DNA of 64,000 nucleotides from Patescibacteria group bacterium (GTDB taxonomy: Bacteria; Patescibacteriota; Minisyncoccia; 2-02-FULL-40-12; GWA2-44-9): positions 18,249-82,248 of the forward strand of contig JBBTSY010000007.1 in the NCBI GenBank assembly GCA_038064515.1. Reading direction: 5' to 3'. A program made the position numbers and the translations under genes. Under the pieces are notes generated by a model, which was not told the origin of the DNA, did no database searches, and saw nothing but the letters and a program-made list of their open reading frames with translations. Shown piece after piece: positions 62,826-64,000 of the stretch. How positions within the stretch are numbered: position 1 is the stretch's first letter; every line of letters starts with the position of its first letter.

Positions 62826-63179
62826 GGGGATGATCGGTATCGACGTTGTTATTCCATCCCTCTGATGCCGTGCGTGAATGATCGTTACCACGTAAATCTT
62901 CGGTCAAACATAATAACTGGCAACACTTCCAGTAATTACGCTTTCGCCTAACCTAGTTAGGTAAGCCATTCCTCCCAGATGTTCGATATGGGATTAAGGA
63001 GTGTCATTATCGAGCTTTAGCAGGACGGATGTTCTCCCCTCGTCTGCTGAAAATCTGGAGAACTAGTGCGAGATTATTTTGTCGGTTTCCTACTCTCGCG
63101 TGAAACACCAAATCGGCTATCACGGTAGTACATCATTGGTTTGCAACAGCGGACGCGAGTTCGATTCTCGCCATCTCCA
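62826..63179 (+). ncRNA. ssrA: tmRNA (SsrA), standard one-piece form; CCA not encoded
   Basis: The 5' end GGGGATGATCGGTATCGACG parallels the E. coli 5' end GGGGCUGAUUCUGGAUUCGACG. The 3' end GGACGCGAGTTCGATTCTCGCCATCTCCA parallels E. coli GGACGCGGGUUCAACUCCCGCCAGCUCCA. The acceptor GGGGATG/CATCTCC has a G3:U70 pair. The candidate tag ORF GGC AAC ACT TCC AGT AAT TAC GCT TTC GCC TAA (62919-62951) gives (A)GNTSSNYAFA with a second in-frame TAG. Confidence 0.8.
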
Positions 63180-63272
63180 CATCGTTAGTATTTTCAGTTG
63201 CAAGCTCCTCAAAAAGCCTCGGGGCATGCAGCACTTCGCTAGAAGTAAAACAGTGATATAATTTAGTAACAT

Positions 63273-63965
63273 ATGCGAGCAAAAAGATTAACTTTCGGCG
63301 ATAAAGTTCTAAAATTTCATAAAACCATTGCTCTGCCTCGCACCTATTCTCGTAGGATCAAGATTATTTACCCGCACGGCAACGCAGGAGTTTTGAGGCA
63401 TACAAAGAAGTTTCTTAATAAGTTTTTTCAAGATAAAAAAAAGCGTACTTTCGTTTTCGGAATAAACCCCGGAAGATTTGGGTCCGGCGTTACCGGTATC
63501 CCGTTTACTGACCCCGTGGCGCTTCAGGACTTTTGCGGAATCCCCAATATCCTCGAAAAACGCCGGGAACTTTCTTCTCAATTCATATATCAATTTATAG
63601 AACTTTGGGGCGGTGCTTACGTTTTCTATAAGCAATTTTTTCTGACCGCAGTTTCACCCATCGGCTTTATACGAGACGGCACTAATTACAACTACTACGA
63701 TGATCCGAAACTATTCTCCGCATTGCGGCCGTTCATCATAAGCTCGATGAAAACACAGCTCGCGTTCGGTGCGCGGCGAGATGTCGCTATTGTGCTCGGC
63801 ACGGGCAAAAATCAAAAGCTTTTTAACAAATTAAATCAGCAGTACGGCTTTTTCCAAAAAGTGTATGCGGTTGAACACCCTCGATTTATCATGCAGTATC
63901 AACGGGAACATGTTTTAAAGTATCTAGAAAAATACCAGCGAGTTTTCGCGAAGGCACTTTCGTAA
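63273..63965 (+). CDS. Uracil-DNA glycosylase superfamily-like protein (DUF4918-like)
   Basis: 230 aa. FVFGINPGRFGSGVTGIPFTDP resembles the UDG-superfamily GxxPG...G.PF motif region. The assignment is tentative. Confidence 0.5.
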   Translation: MRAKRLTFGDKVLKFHKTIALPRTYSRRIKIIYPHGNAGVLRHTKKFLNKFFQDKKKRTFVFGINPGRFGSGVTGIPFTDPVALQDFCGIPNILEKRRELSSQFIYQFIELWGGAYVFYKQFFLTAVSPIGFIRDGTNYNYYDDPKLFSALRPFIISSMKTQLAFGARRDVAIVLGTGKNQKLFNKLNQQYGFFQKVYAVEHPRFIMQYQREHVLKYLEKYQRVFAKALS

Positions 63966-64000
63966 GAAACCAGTTTTGTTGACAGTTCCCATGAATGTAG

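Noticed and set aside
63079-63261. 60-aa ORF on + strand
   Set aside because: It lies entirely within the tmRNA gene, so it is spurious.

Overview
This window comes from a small, moderately AT-rich bacterial chromosome. The gene content and order look like a streamlined, Patescibacteria/CPR-type genome. Housekeeping genes form the backbone on both strands: dprA(partial)-topA, parB-parA, folD-glyA-tsaC, rpsP, rnc, nusB, rpmF, dnaE, thrS, miaA, gatB, secE-nusG-rplK, gyrB, pheS, glyQS, recO-like, ileS, htrA, a PAP2 phosphatase and smpB-ssrA. Two tRNAs are present, Leu-CAA and Asp-GTC.

Several accessory segments with atypical composition interrupt this backbone.
(1) A Type II R-M pair: an SPPY-motif beta-class DNA methyltransferase next to an MvaI/BcnI/MutH-like endonuclease. 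A ClpP/SDH-like protease gene sits immediately downstream.
(2) A GC-rich islet encoding a thymidylate-synthase-family enzyme and a DHFR-HIT fusion. It lies next to a nucleotidyltransferase-dCMP deaminase fusion and a cytidylyltransferase.
(3) An approximately 11 kb putative integrative element at roughly 24.4-35.8 kb, inserted downstream of rplK. It carries a tyrosine integrase with a repeat-encoded Gly/Asn/His tail, two tiny sigma70-region-4-like HTH paralogs and a C5-MTase pseudogene with an in-frame TAA. It also carries a phage-like replication organizer with DnaA-box-like sites and an AAA_24 ATPase. Its cargo is the most interesting locus in the window. That locus is a MoxR-type AAA+ ATPase plus a protein with an HExxH metallopeptidase domain and a VWA domain. 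Two paralogous proteins flank the ATPase and end in a shared approximately 40-aa Cys-containing C-terminal module. A third, stand-alone copy of that module sits inverted at the far end of the locus. The 3' ends and a CCAAG-array 3'UTR are duplicated at the nucleotide level.
(4) A GC-rich ATP-grasp gene next to 5-FCL-like and CofE-like genes.
(5) An IleRS carrying an inserted histidine-phosphatase-like domain.
(6) An AT-rich islet containing a frameshifted IucA/IucC-type synthetase, a RibA-like GTP cyclohydrolase II homolog with an apparent active-site Tyr-to-Met change, a Pol-beta nucleotidyltransferase, a compositionally atypical argS and an ALDH-superfamily gene. This islet may be a decaying biosynthetic or self-resistance cluster.
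(7) A MITE-like inverted-repeat element and a GC-rich segment between smpB and a tmRNA gene. The tmRNA gene has a textbook sigma70 promoter.

No CRISPR array or rRNA genes were seen.
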